Below, piece by piece: positions 43,541-54,687 of a stretch of DNA of 64,000 bases. Made by a program: the position numbers and the translations under genes. The notes beneath the pieces were generated by a model. It saw only the letters and a program-made list of their open reading frames with translations. It was not told where the DNA came from and ran no database searches. The stretch is from an uncultured Clostridia bacterium (GTDB lineage: Bacteria; Bacillota; Clostridia; TANB77; CAG-508): NCBI GenBank assembly GCA_946401865.1, contig CAMIVO010000002.1, positions 2,781 to 66,780 of the forward strand, written 5' to 3'. Numbering within the stretch: the first letter of the stretch is position 1; each line of letters begins with the position of its first letter.

Positions 43541-44491
43541 TTAAAATTTTACTTCTATTCCACATTCTTTAAGCATTGGAACAGCCTCTATTTTAAATCT
43601 TTCATAATTTATACTGTTCTCGCCACTATATGAAATATTTACATACATCTTATCATTTTTTACTGCTTGTTGCAATAGAGAATTAATAATATTTTGTCTT
43701 TTTTCAAAAGATGAAATATCTACATTCGTAATATCTTTACTTATAGATTCCTCTTCTTTAAAAGTCTTTGTGGCTTCTATAAAATCGTCTCTTTCATTTA
43801 CAAAATTGGTTAATTTTTTCTTTTTTACATATCCTATGTTTCCGCTTTGTGTCCTTACTTTTGAATATCCGTCTTTGTCCTCTATATAATATAACCAATC
43901 TCCTTTTTTTACTTTTTCTATGTACTTTGAGAACATACTACTATCCTTTTTTATTTTTACATTTGTTTTGGTGTATGCCTTTATACATTTTTTATTTAAA
44001 TTATCTATTGTAATAATATTATTTTTTTCAATGTATTCAATTTTATAATTATATATATTGTTTAAGTTTGAAATAGCTATATAGCTTGTTTCATTATTAA
44101 TTTTAGCAATATTTTTAACATCTACATTTGAGCCATTTATTTTTAATGTTTGAGCATTTAAATCTATTACTCCAACCTTTTTATCACTTGTTGTAATAAC
44201 AAGTCCTGTTTCATTTTCTGTATATAAAGTACTATCTAGAAATTTTTTTATATCTTCATAACTCATATAAATTATTTTATCTTCAACTATTATTTCTTTT
44301 TCTAATTGAGCTGTAATATTTTCACTGTTTAAAATAATTTGTGTTGTTTTATAATTATTTTTTTCAGGTCTGTTTTTTATAATAATAAAACACAATAAAA
44401 TTAATATAATAACAAAAGCTAATTTTTTATAGCTTTTGTTATTTTTACTTTTTTTATTGTGTTTACTTTTTTTTATATTTTTTTGTGTCAT
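43541..44491 (-). CDS. hypothetical membrane-anchored protein
   Basis: Lys-rich N-terminus + single TM; no assignable motif. Confidence 0.4.
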   Translation of the reverse strand: MTQKNIKKSKHNKKSKNNKSYKKLAFVIILILLCFIIIKNRPEKNNYKTTQIILNSENITAQLEKEIIVEDKIIYMSYEDIKKFLDSTLYTENETGLVITTSDKKVGVIDLNAQTLKINGSNVDVKNIAKINNETSYIAISNLNNIYNYKIEYIEKNNIITIDNLNKKCIKAYTKTNVKIKKDSSMFSKYIEKVKKGDWLYYIEDKDGYSKVRTQSGNIGYVKKKKLTNFVNERDDFIEATKTFKEEESISKDITNVDISSFEKRQNIINSLLQQAVKNDKMYVNISYSGENSINYERFKIEAVPMLKECGIEVKF

Positions 44492-44502
44492 TAATGTTTC
44501 TC

Positions 44503-45153
44503 CTACATTCTTCTAAATACACCTATAACTTTTCCAAGTATATTGCAATCTGGAACAATAATTGGATCCATAGTAGAATTTTCAGGTTGTAAACGAATAT
44601 GATCTTTTTCTTTGTAGAATGTTTTAACTGTAGCTTCATCTTCTATTAATGCAACTACAATTTCACCATTCATTGCATCTGGTTGTTTTCTAACTAATAT
44701 AAAGTCCCCATCAAGAATTCCAGCTTCTATCATGCTTTCTCCTCTAACAGTAAGCATAAAAGTTTCTGAATTTCCAACAAAATCTATTGGAATTGGAAAT
44801 GTATCTGTAATGTTTTCTACTGCTAAAATTGGCATTCCTGCAGTTATTTTTCCAACTAGAGGAACATCTATTAATTCTTTTTGAGAATAGAAATTCTTTT
44901 GTGTATTTTCTATAGGCATTCCATTTCCACCTTTTAATAGTTTTAATGTTCTACCTTTTTTATCTTCTTTTTTAATATATCCTTTTCCTCTTAATTTTGC
45001 TAAATATCCATGTACTGTAGCTGTTGAGCTTAAACCAACAGCTTTTCCAATTTCTCTAACTGATGGTGGATATCCATCTTCATTAATCTTTTTTTCGATA
45101 AACTTTAAAATTGCTTTTTCTCTTTTATTTAGTTCTTCTTTCTTCTTTCTCAT
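44503..45153 (-). CDS. lexA: LexA repressor
   Basis: wHTH ([21 protein letters not shown]), S24 peptidase Ser/Lys region (GESM...VKTF). Confidence 0.9.
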   Translation of the reverse strand: MRKKKEELNKREKAILKFIEKKINEDGYPPSVREIGKAVGLSSTATVHGYLAKLRGKGYIKKEDKKGRTLKLLKGGNGMPIENTQKNFYSQKELIDVPLVGKITAGMPILAVENITDTFPIPIDFVGNSETFMLTVRGESMIEAGILDGDFILVRKQPDAMNGEIVVALIEDEATVKTFYKEKDHIRLQPENSTMDPIIVPDCNILGKVIGVFRRM

Positions 45154-45230
45154 AATATTCACTCCTCGTAAATTATATTTGCCATAATAATACCATACAA
45201 ATTTTATTTTGTCAAACATAAATTTGATTT

Positions 45231-46649
45231 TTATTTGTATATTCTATCATTTTTTCCATCAAATATAATTTTTATAACTTTTGTATAATTATCTTTACTA
45301 GGTTTGCCAATACTTTCAATAATTAAACTTGCATTGTGCTTATTTAAAGTATCAAATGTGTTCATAAATCCCATACCTGTTCCACCTTCATTAGGATATG
45401 TAGTAATTGGTTTCTTACCTAAGTTTTCTAAAACTTCTTTTGGGAATTCTACTCCAGAGTCATATATATAGAGACCAAAATTTTCATCTATTTTACCTAA
45501 TCTTACCATTATAGTTTTGTTTATAGTATCTGTATGATTAATTGCTATTATTGCATCTTTTATATGATCTGCAAGTAAAATTGAGAGTTCTTCTTTTGTT
45601 ACAAAATTGTTTGTCATTTGATAAATATTACCTTTTAATTGTAAACTAAAATCTATTCCATTTATTCTACACTCTTCTTGCATAACACAAAGCATATCAT
45701 CTATTTCTGTGATGCCTGTTTTTTCTAGTTGTGGCAATTTAGAATTTTCATATAGTTCTTTTGAAAGATTTTTTAATTCATTTTCTATTCCCAGTTCTTT
45801 AGCATTTTCTGAATTCATTAATAATTTATTTATCTTATATTCTAAAGATTTTTGCTTATGAGCCAATGAGTGACTCTTTTTACTAAAATTTAGGTTTTCC
45901 GCTTCTAATTCTTCTACTTCTTTTTTCTTTTCCTCCAATTCTTTTTTGGTTTCATTTAGGTCTTGTATAAGCAACTTTTGCTTATAATAAGCTTCGATGG
46001 ATTTTTTGATGGTGAGGAACATGATGATTGAGAAGATTATGAAAGCAATAGCAAATCCTTCAGAAATAGGCATATAACTTATATTAGATAAAATTGCAAT
46101 AAAGAATAAAATGCAAATACTTAAATTAAATATTAATAAACTAAAATAAATATTATTTCTATTAATATAAATATTTAAAAAGGCAATTCCATTTTTTATT
46201 CTTTTTATTTTTAAAATACTTATTAAGAATATTATATAGTTAATAATAATTATTACTAAGTTTAAAAAATCATTAATATTATCATTTATAAAAATGTTTA
46301 TAAGATACGTTACTGTAGTTGCTGTTGCAAATAAAATATAATTTATACTTAAAGATATTGAATTTATTAATATTGAATATGAAACCTCTATATTTTCAAT
46401 TTCAGAATATACTATACTTAATAAAAAGACTAAAAATATTATACTTGTTATTGTATTAGTTTTATACCTAATTTCCATAACTAAAAAAGAACTTATAACT
46501 ATAGCTATTAAACTCTTTAGTATTTTTTTTGTTTTAAATTCTTTTTTTAATATTTTGGTATTAAATAAATATGTTCCCATTGAAATTACTAATATTTTTA
46601 AGAAGTATACTTCTATATTAATATCGTTAATATTTAAATCAATTTTCAT
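45231..46649 (-). CDS. membrane sensor histidine kinase (AgrC/HPK10-like), no adjacent response regulator
   Basis: 6-7 N-terminal TM helices, coiled coil, H-box [12 protein letters not shown] ATPase G-box GGTGMGF. Confidence 0.7.
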   Translation of the reverse strand: MKIDLNINDINIEVYFLKILVISMGTYLFNTKILKKEFKTKKILKSLIAIVISSFLVMEIRYKTNTITSIIFLVFLLSIVYSEIENIEVSYSILINSISLSINYILFATATTVTYLINIFINDNINDFLNLVIIIINYIIFLISILKIKRIKNGIAFLNIYINRNNIYFSLLIFNLSICILFFIAILSNISYMPISEGFAIAFIIFSIIMFLTIKKSIEAYYKQKLLIQDLNETKKELEEKKKEVEELEAENLNFSKKSHSLAHKQKSLEYKINKLLMNSENAKELGIENELKNLSKELYENSKLPQLEKTGITEIDDMLCVMQEECRINGIDFSLQLKGNIYQMTNNFVTKEELSILLADHIKDAIIAINHTDTINKTIMVRLGKIDENFGLYIYDSGVEFPKEVLENLGKKPITTYPNEGGTGMGFMNTFDTLNKHNASLIIESIGKPSKDNYTKVIKIIFDGKNDRIYK

Positions 46650-47033
46650 ACTTATGTTTCTCCATACATAATCTATTTTTATTATATAGTATTAGAAATA
46701 AAAAAGCAATATAAGTATTCCTTATACTGCTTCATTATATTATGATAGCCACTTAGCTAACCATCTTACATATGCTTCCCACCAGCTCATTCTTCTCACC
46801 ACCCTTCTTTCAGGCGTTCATCTCAATTTTGCTAATTCGAAAATATCACTGTTTTGAAAAAAACAATTTGTATTCTTTGATAGAAAATTTTGACGAATTA
46901 TGAGAAAAAATGGTGAGAAAAAATCTAAAAAAAACGACATCAATTTAAAACTGATATCGTTTTTTCTTTTTAAGTCACTTTATTCTTTTAATTATTCGAT
47001 TATTCAATTATTTTATTTTTTTATTGTATTGTT

Positions 47034-49103
47034 TTATTTTTTGCTCTCTTTCTGTTTTTTATTTCTTTTAGTTCTTTTTCTTGTTGTCTTCTTTTTTTCT
47101 ACTTTTTCGTTTTCTTCTGGAGTCCACTTTTCACCTATTTTAGGTTTATTCCATGAAATGTAGTTACATTTTTCCGGGTTATCCTCGCAAACATAAAAAT
47201 TTCTTCCTCTTTTTGTTTTTTTAACAATAACCGTTTTGCCACATACAGGGCATGGTACGTCTATTGTCTCTATTATTGGTTTTGCATTCTTACACTCTGG
47301 GAAACCTGGACATGCTAAAAACTTGCCATATCTTCCATATTTATATACCATCATTCTTCCACACTTGTCGCAGACAACATCTGACACTTCATCTTGAAGT
47401 TCAACATGTTCTAAGTCTTTTTCAACTTTTTCTACTTCTTTTATAAATGGTTTATAAAAATCTTTTATAACTTTTTTCCACTCTTCTTTTCCTTCTGCAA
47501 CTTTGTCAAAGTTTGTTTCTATATTTGCTGTAAATTCTTCATTTACAATATCTGAAAAATTCTCTACTAACAACTTATTTACTACTTTTCCTAGATCTGT
47601 TGGTACAAGTTGTTTTTGTTCTTTTTTTACATAGTATCTATCTAAAATTGTAGAAATAGTTGGAGAATATGTTGAAGGTCTTCCAATCCCTTTTTCTTCT
47701 AATGCTTTTACCAAACTTGCTTCAGTATACCTACTTGGTGGCTCTGTAAAACTTTGTTTTGGGTCAACTTTTATAAGTTTTACTTCTTGATTTTCACTAA
47801 GTTCTGGTAACATTTCTTGCTCTTCGCTTTCCTTAGAGTCTGTTCCTTCTACATATAATGTCATAAAACCTTTGAATTTTAAATTTTGTCCACTTGCCTT
47901 AAAATCATACTTATTTGCATTAATTGAAACATTTACTGTGTCATAAATTGCAGGAGACATTTGACTTGCTAAAAATCTATTATAAATTAATTTATATAAT
48001 TTATATTGATCTGAAGTTAAATATTCTTTTATTTCATCAGGTGAAATTTCAATATGTGCTGGACGAATAGCTTCATGTGCATCTTGAGCATCTTTTGAAG
48101 TTCTATAAAATCTGTTTTCATAATACTTTTCACCATAATTCTTACAAATTACTTCTTTTGCCACAGCTCTTGCTTCATCTGAAATTCTTGTTGAATCTGT
48201 TCTCATATAAGTAATTAAACCTGTAAGTCCTTGTGGCAACTTAACTCCCTCATACAAGCCTTGAGCAACACTCATAGTTTTCTTTAATGTAAAATTAATT
48301 TTTCTTGATGCCTCTTGTTGCATTGTACTTGTGGTAAAAGGTGGTGCAGGAGTTCTTTTTTTCTCTCCTTTTTTTACATCTGTAACAATATATTTTGCAT
48401 TTTTAATTTCTTTTAAAATATTATCTACATCCTCTTTTGAATGTAATTCTATTTTCTTTCCTTCACGTCCTGTAAAATGTGCTACAAAATCTTTTTTTGA
48501 TTTTTCATCTAATAGATTAACATATATATTCCAATATTCTTCTGGAATGAATTTTTCTATTTCTTCTTCTCTATCAACAATTAATTTTACTGCTACAGAC
48601 TGAACTCTACCTGCAGATAGCCCTCTTTTAACCTTCTTCCATAAAACTGGACTTATTTTATACCCTACAATTCTGTCTAATACTCTCCTTGCTTGCTGAG
48701 CATCTACTAAGTTTATATCTATATCTCTTGGTTCTTTCATAGCCTTTTGTACGGCTGTTTTTGTTATTTCATTAAATGTAACTCTTGTAATTTTCTTTTT
48801 ATCAACACCTAAAATACAAGCTAAATGCCAAGCAATAGCTTCTCCTTCACGGTCCGGGTCGGTTGCAAGGTAAACAGTTTTACAACTTAAAGCTTCTTTT
48901 TTTAGTGTTTTAATTAAATCACCCTTACCTCTTATATTTATATATTCTGGTTCAAAATCGTGTTCTACATCTATTCCAAGTTTTGATTTTGGTAAATCTC
49001 TAATATGTCCCATAGAAGCTATAACTTTTGTGTTTCCACCCAAAAATTTTTTTATTGTGTTTGCTTTTGCAGGGGATTCCACAACAATTAATTTATCTGC
49101 CAT
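47034..49103 (-). CDS. topA: DNA topoisomerase I
   Basis: MADKLIVVESPAKA TOPRIM start, catalytic Tyr region, three C-terminal C4 zinc ribbons, Lys-rich tail. Confidence 0.9.
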   Translation of the reverse strand: MADKLIVVESPAKANTIKKFLGGNTKVIASMGHIRDLPKSKLGIDVEHDFEPEYINIRGKGDLIKTLKKEALSCKTVYLATDPDREGEAIAWHLACILGVDKKKITRVTFNEITKTAVQKAMKEPRDIDINLVDAQQARRVLDRIVGYKISPVLWKKVKRGLSAGRVQSVAVKLIVDREEEIEKFIPEEYWNIYVNLLDEKSKKDFVAHFTGREGKKIELHSKEDVDNILKEIKNAKYIVTDVKKGEKKRTPAPPFTTSTMQQEASRKINFTLKKTMSVAQGLYEGVKLPQGLTGLITYMRTDSTRISDEARAVAKEVICKNYGEKYYENRFYRTSKDAQDAHEAIRPAHIEISPDEIKEYLTSDQYKLYKLIYNRFLASQMSPAIYDTVNVSINANKYDFKASGQNLKFKGFMTLYVEGTDSKESEEQEMLPELSENQEVKLIKVDPKQSFTEPPSRYTEASLVKALEEKGIGRPSTYSPTISTILDRYYVKKEQKQLVPTDLGKVVNKLLVENFSDIVNEEFTANIETNFDKVAEGKEEWKKVIKDFYKPFIKEVEKVEKDLEHVELQDEVSDVVCDKCGRMMVYKYGRYGKFLACPGFPECKNAKPIIETIDVPCPVCGKTVIVKKTKRGRNFYVCEDNPEKCNYISWNKPKIGEKWTPEENEKVEKKKTTRKRTKRNKKQKESKK

Positions 49104-49283
49104 TAGATATACTTCCTCCTCATTTTTAAATTCTCGTAAATTATATATACTTTTTTTTTAAAAGTCAATGCCTAGAGTCTAAAAAAACCGAAACTAAGAT
49201 TTATCTTCTAAGGAAACTCACTACTTCGTAGATGACTTTCCTAAGAATATAAAAAAGATAGTTTGACTTAAGTCAACTATCTT

Positions 49284-49577
49284 TTATAAAACTTCTTGTA
49301 GTACATCTTCTAATCCAAATGGGGTTACTTCATTGTTTCTTAATATTGTTAAAATAGCATTTTGTGTTTCCTCGTCATTTATAATGTTTTTAACTTCTTT
49401 TGTTTCAACATTAACCATCCCATCTTTATACTCTTTTTTTACAACTTCTATTCCAAATTTTGGTTCAACATTTTCTTCTATTAAAGTTTTATAATATTCT
49501 AGTTTTATGGGGTAATGTATTCCAGCCTCCTCTAAGACTTTATTTGATACAAATACTCCATCAAAAAATGTTTTCAC
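49284..49577 (-). CDS. hypothetical small protein (97 aa)
   Basis: ORF with hairpin terminator downstream. Confidence 0.4.
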   Translation of the reverse strand: MKTFFDGVFVSNKVLEEAGIHYPIKLEYYKTLIEENVEPKFGIEVVKKEYKDGMVNVETKEVKNIINDEETQNAILTILRNNEVTPFGLEDVLQEVL

Positions 49578-49891
49578 TTTACCTTCCTTTCCTCATTTTT
49601 TACAGCCTTTCATAATATACAATAAAATTTAAAATTTGGCAAGAGGTATTTTGAAATTTTTTTATAATTTAAAAAAACACTTGCATTTTTTTGTAGAATG
49701 ATGTATTATTTTGTCGAGGTGCAAAAAATGGAAAAAATACTAAATAGAAAAAAATTTTTCAAAATTATTCTATTAGCTTGTAATATACAAGTTCTATTTC
49801 TATTTTTCACTTTATTTATCTAATACTATTTCTAATAGTATTTTTTTTTGGGTTTTTTGCACAAAAAAAAAATTAAAAGGAGGAATCTTCA

Positions 49892-51397
49892 ATGGAAGAA
49901 AAAAAATTGCTATTTGATGTTAACGAAAAACCACCTATTTGGCAGTGGATTATAATGTCATTTCAACATGTTTTTGCAATGTTTGGTGCAACAGTACTAG
50001 TTCCAATTTTAGTAAATGCAGGAATTGCTTCAGCAGGAGTTCAAGGGCAAGCATTATCTATAGAAGTTGCTTTAGTCTCAGCTGGATTAGGTACATTAAT
50101 TTATATTTTATGTACAAGAGCAAAATCTCCAGTATTTCTAGGAAGTTCATTTGCATTTATTTCACCAATTATAGCATCATATTTAGCTGGAAGTGCTAAT
50201 AATGGTGGAATATCTGGTGGAATAGCCGGAGCTATGACAGGAATTATGGTTGTCGGTCTTGTATACATTATTGTTTCAATCATAGTTAGATTTATTGGAA
50301 AAAATTGGTTAGATAAAGTTTTACCACCAATTGTTATAGGACCAATGATTATGATTATAGGTCTTGGACTTGCAAGTAGTGCCGTTGGAAATATTTTTGA
50401 TGTTCAATATAATGAAATACCTTATGCAAAAGTAGAATATGTTGATGGTATTGCGAAAGAAACAATAACAGATGAGTCTGTTAAAATTACAGATGATAGT
50501 ATAATAGTAACAAAGGAAACCATTGATGAGGAAACAGGAAAAACAGTAATTATTAAATCAGTAAAACAAGAAAAAGTTAGTGGTGCAAAATGGAAAGGGC
50601 CTATTGTAGCATTAATTACATTTATGACTACAGCTTTAGTTATGACAAGAGCAAAAGGATTTTTCAAAATAATACCATTTTTAATGGGAATTATAGCTGG
50701 ATATCTAGCTGCTTGTTTAGCTGGATTGGTCGATTTTGGTGCAATCCAAACAGCATATTGGATTCAAATGCCAAAATTTTATATACCATTTGTACATTAT
50801 ACTCCAAACATAATGATAGCTTTAACTATGGCACCAATCGCATTAGTTACAATGGCTGAACATATAGGAGACCACAAAGCTTTAAGTGCAATTATTGATA
50901 GAGATTTATTAAAAAATCCTGGACTTGAAAATACTCTATTAGGAGATGGTATTGCAACATTTGTAGCAGGAGCTATAGGAGGACCAGCAAATACAACTTA
51001 TGGAGAAAACACATCTGTTGTTGGTATGACTAAAAATGCATCAGTATGGGTAATTGGTTTAGCAGCAATATTTGCTATCATTTTAGGATTTTTAGGAAAA
51101 TTTACTGCATTAGTACAAACCATTCCAAACTCAGTACTTGGAGGAGTTTCTCTACTTTTATATGGATTTATTTCAGTAAATGGATTAAAAGTTTTAATTC
51201 AAAACAAAGTAGATTTTACTAAAAATAAAAACATTATAATTGCTTCAGCAATGCTTGTATTAGGACTTGGAGGAGCAGCATTTTCAATTGCAACAGGAAA
51301 TGGTCTTTCAGTTCAAATTTCAGGAATGAGTTTAGCTGCTATTGCAGGAATATTGTTAAATTTAATTATACCAGACGAGGAAAATAAAGTTAAATAA
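49892..51397 (+). CDS. pyrP: uracil/xanthine permease (NCS2 family)
   Basis: NCS2 TM topology and conserved blocks; GGAGG RBS; followed by upp. Confidence 0.8.
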   Translation: MEEKKLLFDVNEKPPIWQWIIMSFQHVFAMFGATVLVPILVNAGIASAGVQGQALSIEVALVSAGLGTLIYILCTRAKSPVFLGSSFAFISPIIASYLAGSANNGGISGGIAGAMTGIMVVGLVYIIVSIIVRFIGKNWLDKVLPPIVIGPMIMIIGLGLASSAVGNIFDVQYNEIPYAKVEYVDGIAKETITDESVKITDDSIIVTKETIDEETGKTVIIKSVKQEKVSGAKWKGPIVALITFMTTALVMTRAKGFFKIIPFLMGIIAGYLAACLAGLVDFGAIQTAYWIQMPKFYIPFVHYTPNIMIALTMAPIALVTMAEHIGDHKALSAIIDRDLLKNPGLENTLLGDGIATFVAGAIGGPANTTYGENTSVVGMTKNASVWVIGLAAIFAIILGFLGKFTALVQTIPNSVLGGVSLLLYGFISVNGLKVLIQNKVDFTKNKNIIIASAMLVLGLGGAAFSIATGNGLSVQISGMSLAAIAGILLNLIIPDEENKVK

Positions 51398-51409
51398 AAG
51401 GAGAAAAAA

Positions 51410-52036
51410 ATGAGTGCAATTGTACTAGATAATCCCTTAATTCAACATAAACTTGCAATTATAAGGGATAAAAGAACAGGAACAAAAGAATTTAGAGAAA
51501 TAATTGGAGAATTAGCAACTTTTTTATGCTATGAAGCAATGGCAGATGCTAAACTTGAAGAAGTTGAAATAGAAACTCCGATTTGTAAAACCAAAGCAAA
51601 AAAATTAGATGAAAATAAATATGCATTTGTTCCAATTTTAAGAGCTGGAACAGGAATGTTAGATGGCTTACTAAAAGCAATTCCAAACGCAAAAATTGGT
51701 CATATTGGTTTATATAGAAACGAAGAAACACATAACCCTGTACGTTATTATTATAAAATGCCAAAAGACATAGCTTCTCGTGAAGCAATTGTTTTAGACC
51801 CAATGCTTGCAACAGGAGGTTCTGCATGTGATACAATAACAATGCTTAAAGAAGATGGAGTAAAAAATATTAAATTTTTATGTATTATAGCTGCTCCTGA
51901 AGGAATAAAAAAATTAGAAGAACTTCATCCAGATGTTAAAATCTATACAACAGCTGTAGATGAAAAACTAAATGAAAATGCATATATTGTACCAGGATTA
52001 GGTGATGCAGGAGATAGAATATTTGGAACAAAATAA
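51410..52036 (+). CDS. upp: uracil phosphoribosyltransferase
   Basis: 208 aa, PRPP-binding [11 protein letters not shown]. Confidence 0.9.
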   Translation: MSAIVLDNPLIQHKLAIIRDKRTGTKEFREIIGELATFLCYEAMADAKLEEVEIETPICKTKAKKLDENKYAFVPILRAGTGMLDGLLKAIPNAKIGHIGLYRNEETHNPVRYYYKMPKDIASREAIVLDPMLATGGSACDTITMLKEDGVKNIKFLCIIAAPEGIKKLEELHPDVKIYTTAVDEKLNENAYIVPGLGDAGDRIFGTK

Positions 52037-52044
52037 AAAGGTCT

Positions 52045-52092
52045 ACTTAAAAAATATTTTACTAAAATAGCAGATAAACATATTGTCTATCT
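52045..52092. terminator. bidirectional terminator between upp and KilA-N gene
   Basis: aaaatagcagata...tatctgctatttt hairpin. Confidence 0.55.
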
Positions 52093-52093
52093 G

Positions 52094-52978
52094 CTATTTT
52101 AGTTTATTTTTACTTAACAATTTAATATTACTATTATCATCTAACATTTCAAATTTCTTAATTCCTTTACTATCTTGCAAAATACTATATTGTTTTTTAG
52201 CTATACTGTTTAGTCTTTCTAGCCTTACTTTCTGCTCTAATCCTTGAGCAATCATTTCACTATTTAAGTTTTCTAAATTACTTAAAATCACTAGCTGAAG
52301 AATATTAGCATAATCTCTCATATTACCATCTAAAGAAGGATTTTCATCTTTCCATTCTTTTGCTGTCATTCCAAATAATGCAACATTTAAAATATCTGCT
52401 TCATTTGCATAAACATATAGCTTTTGCTTTTCAGTAAGTGTAGGAACGATATTTTCTTTTATACTATCAGTATGTATTCTATAATTTGTTTTTGCAAGCT
52501 CTCGTCTTACAGACCATTCTATTTTATTTTGATAGCTTTCATTTTGTTTTAATCTTTCAAATTCTGTAATTAAATATAATTTAAATTCTACATTTAGCCA
52601 ACTTGCAAATTCAAATGCGATATCAGGATGTGCAAATGTTCCAACACTGTATTTTCCACTACTTGGAATAATTCCAATTGCATTAAAATCTTTTTTCCAA
52701 CGATTTGGTGTCATAGTAAAACGATTATAACCAACTTCATCAATTTTAATTCTGTGTGATTCCACGGAATTAAAATTTTCATTATGCAATTCTTCCCAAA
52801 GGTTATAAAAATCAAATGAATTTTTATTAGACATCCAATTTCGTATAACTCCAGATGGATCATTTTCATTTTGATATTTTGCTAAATCTGTTAAAGAAAT
52901 ATAATCTACATTATCTACTCTCATAACTCTTACTTGTCTATTATTTACATTCATTTTTGTTTGTATAAATTCTTTACT
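52094..52978 (-). CDS. KilA-N domain DNA-binding protein (start MSKEF ~52978)
   Basis: QVRVMRVDNVDYISLTDLAKY KilA-N signature; C-terminal coiled-coil. Confidence 0.6.
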   Translation of the reverse strand, partial: SKEFIQTKMNVNNRQVRVMRVDNVDYISLTDLAKYQNENDPSGVIRNWMSNKNSFDFYNLWEELHNENFNSVESHRIKIDEVGYNRFTMTPNRWKKDFNAIGIIPSSGKYSVGTFAHPDIAFEFASWLNVEFKLYLITEFERLKQNESYQNKIEWSVRRELAKTNYRIHTDSIKENIVPTLTEKQKLYVYANEADILNVALFGMTAKEWKDENPSLDGNMRDYANILQLVILSNLENLNSEMIAQGLEQKVRLERLNSIAKKQYSILQDSKGIKKFEMLDDNSNIKLLSKNKLK

Positions 52979-53161
52979 CATAATAACACATCCAATCTTT
53001 ATAAATTCTTTGCATATTATAAAACATTTGTTTCTTGTTGTCAAGTGAAATATCTGAATATAAACATATTCTTTAAAAATATTAACAATCAGCCAAAATA
53101 AGGAAGAACCAAATAAGAACAATTTTATCCTTATTTAAGTTCTCCCTTAGGTAGATCTTTT

Positions 53162-53935
53162 TTAATTTTCTATTCTTTTAAAAACAATTCCCTCTGGAAA
53201 AGCTATTTCTTTTCCAACTTTTCCTTTGTTTATCAGATCAGAATTTGGTACTGAAATAGTTATATCTTCTGCTTTAAAGGATTTTCCTGAATCTAAATTA
53301 ATTATTAAGTCAAAATGCAAATTAACCTTTATGTCTTCTTCTTTTACATTTATTTTTTTAAGCAATTCTTCATAATTAATTTCTGTATCATCATTTGATA
53401 TATATTTTCCAATATTATTATTAGCACATCTAAATTCAATAATTCCACCTTGGTTTGATATTTCTAAATTTTTGGAATTACTTTCCTTTGTTCCAATATA
53501 TTCTAATTTTTCAAATGAAAATTCATCTATATTTTTATATAATATTTTTTCATCTTGACATTGTTTATAAAACTTGATTTCTCCAATATTAGATTTTTTC
53601 TCTGTTTGAAAATTATCCAATACAATAGATGATATAGTTTCAGTTTTGTCATATTGTGGATTTTTTTCTACATATATGTATATATCATTATTTTGATTAA
53701 CAATTTTTTCCCATTTATGTTCTGAATTTTCCACATCTTGTCCATCAACTGTGGAAATGATAGATATTTTTGAAATTGAAAAAGGCATATTTATTTCACC
53801 TTTTTCATCATATCTTAATACAAAAATTGTTGCTGTAAATAGTATTCCTATTATTAAAATTATTGTAATACATATATGTATCATCTTCTTACTTAGGGCT
53901 TGTTTATTCATTTTTATTATTTCCATACCTCTCAT
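53162..53935 (-). CDS. hypothetical membrane-anchored protein
   Basis: single N-terminal TM, no motif. Confidence 0.4.
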   Translation of the reverse strand: MRGMEIIKMNKQALSKKMIHICITIILIIGILFTATIFVLRYDEKGEINMPFSISKISIISTVDGQDVENSEHKWEKIVNQNNDIYIYVEKNPQYDKTETISSIVLDNFQTEKKSNIGEIKFYKQCQDEKILYKNIDEFSFEKLEYIGTKESNSKNLEISNQGGIIEFRCANNNIGKYISNDDTEINYEELLKKINVKEEDIKVNLHFDLIINLDSGKSFKAEDITISVPNSDLINKGKVGKEIAFPEGIVFKRIEN

Positions 53936-54374
53936 TTCTTTTTAAATTTCTTAATTCTTTAAAAAAACTTTGTAATAATTCTTTACATTCTTTTTCCAAA
54001 ATTCCATTTTCAACTTCAACTTTATGGTTGAATTTGTAGTCTTTAAATAAATTTAGTTTAGAACCAACTGCACCAGTTTTTTCATCTGGAGTACCATAAT
54101 AGACTTTTTTTATTCTGGATTGAATTATAGCCCCTGCACACATTGGACATGGTTCAAGTGTAATATACATTTCACAATCATTAAGTCTCCAAGAGTTTAG
54201 TTTTTTACTTGCTTTTTGAATTGCTGTTATTTCAGCATGTTTTGTAGTATCGAATTTAGTTTCTTTTTGATTATATGCTGATGCTATAACTTTTCCATCT
54301 TTAACTATTACAGCTCCTACAGGTACTTCCATTTTGTTATATGCCTTTTTAGCTTGTAGCAGAGCCTTTTTCAT
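53904..54374 (-). CDS. tadA: tRNA-specific adenosine deaminase
   Basis: HAE...PCPMCAGA zinc-binding CDA motifs. Confidence 0.85.
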   Translation of the reverse strand: MKKALLQAKKAYNKMEVPVGAVIVKDGKVIASAYNQKETKFDTTKHAEITAIQKASKKLNSWRLNDCEMYITLEPCPMCAGAIIQSRIKKVYYGTPDEKTGAVGSKLNLFKDYKFNHKVEVENGILEKECKELLQSFFKELRNLKRNERYGNNKNE

Positions 54375-54439
54375 ATATTTTTCTTTTATATTCAATTTAT
54401 ACTTTTCCTTGTATAATATATTTAGGTTTTTTAAAAAGG

Positions 54440-54687
54440 ATTTACCTATAAACCTGTTATAGCATTTTATACCAATTTATGGTATAATTTATGTTAACAC
54501 TGTGGACTCTTTCATTTTCCTTGTAGCTTTGACTACTTTTGAAAGAATATTGCCACAGTTTTATTATTAATTGGTTATTAGTTAGATAGAGCTTAGACTC
54601 TTTATCTCATGCAAGGTTACAAGTAATAAAACTAAGTGGACCATGTCACAAGTGTTATAAATTTATTTGCAAAGGAGTTGATCTTTT
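54440..54687 (+). ncRNA. candidate IS110 bridge/seek RNA in the non-coding left end
   Basis: Extended -10 TGGTATAAT at ~54480; internal repeated gtggac/gactcttt segments; by analogy with IS110-subgroup elements whose LE encodes the guide RNA. Confidence 0.3.

Noticed and set aside
45154-45230. LexA (Cheo) box upstream of lexA
   Set aside because: I could not find a CGAAC-N4-GTTCG-like palindrome in the upstream 80 bp. It is possibly divergent in this lineage.
46748-46800. T-box riboswitch (AGGGUGGU matches start of T-box consensus)
   Set aside because: Only 8 nt match. It lacks the ACCGCG continuation and a specifier-loop architecture, and the downstream gene is a histidine kinase, not an aa-tRNA/amino-acid gene.
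46900-47163. 87-aa + ORF (MRKNGEKKSKKND..., Phe/Leu-rich)
   Set aside because: It overlaps the 3' end and terminator of topA on the opposite strand. Its low-complexity composition comes from AT-rich antisense. I considered an AgrD-like peptide for the neighbouring kinase but found no AgrB and no conserved thiolactone motif.
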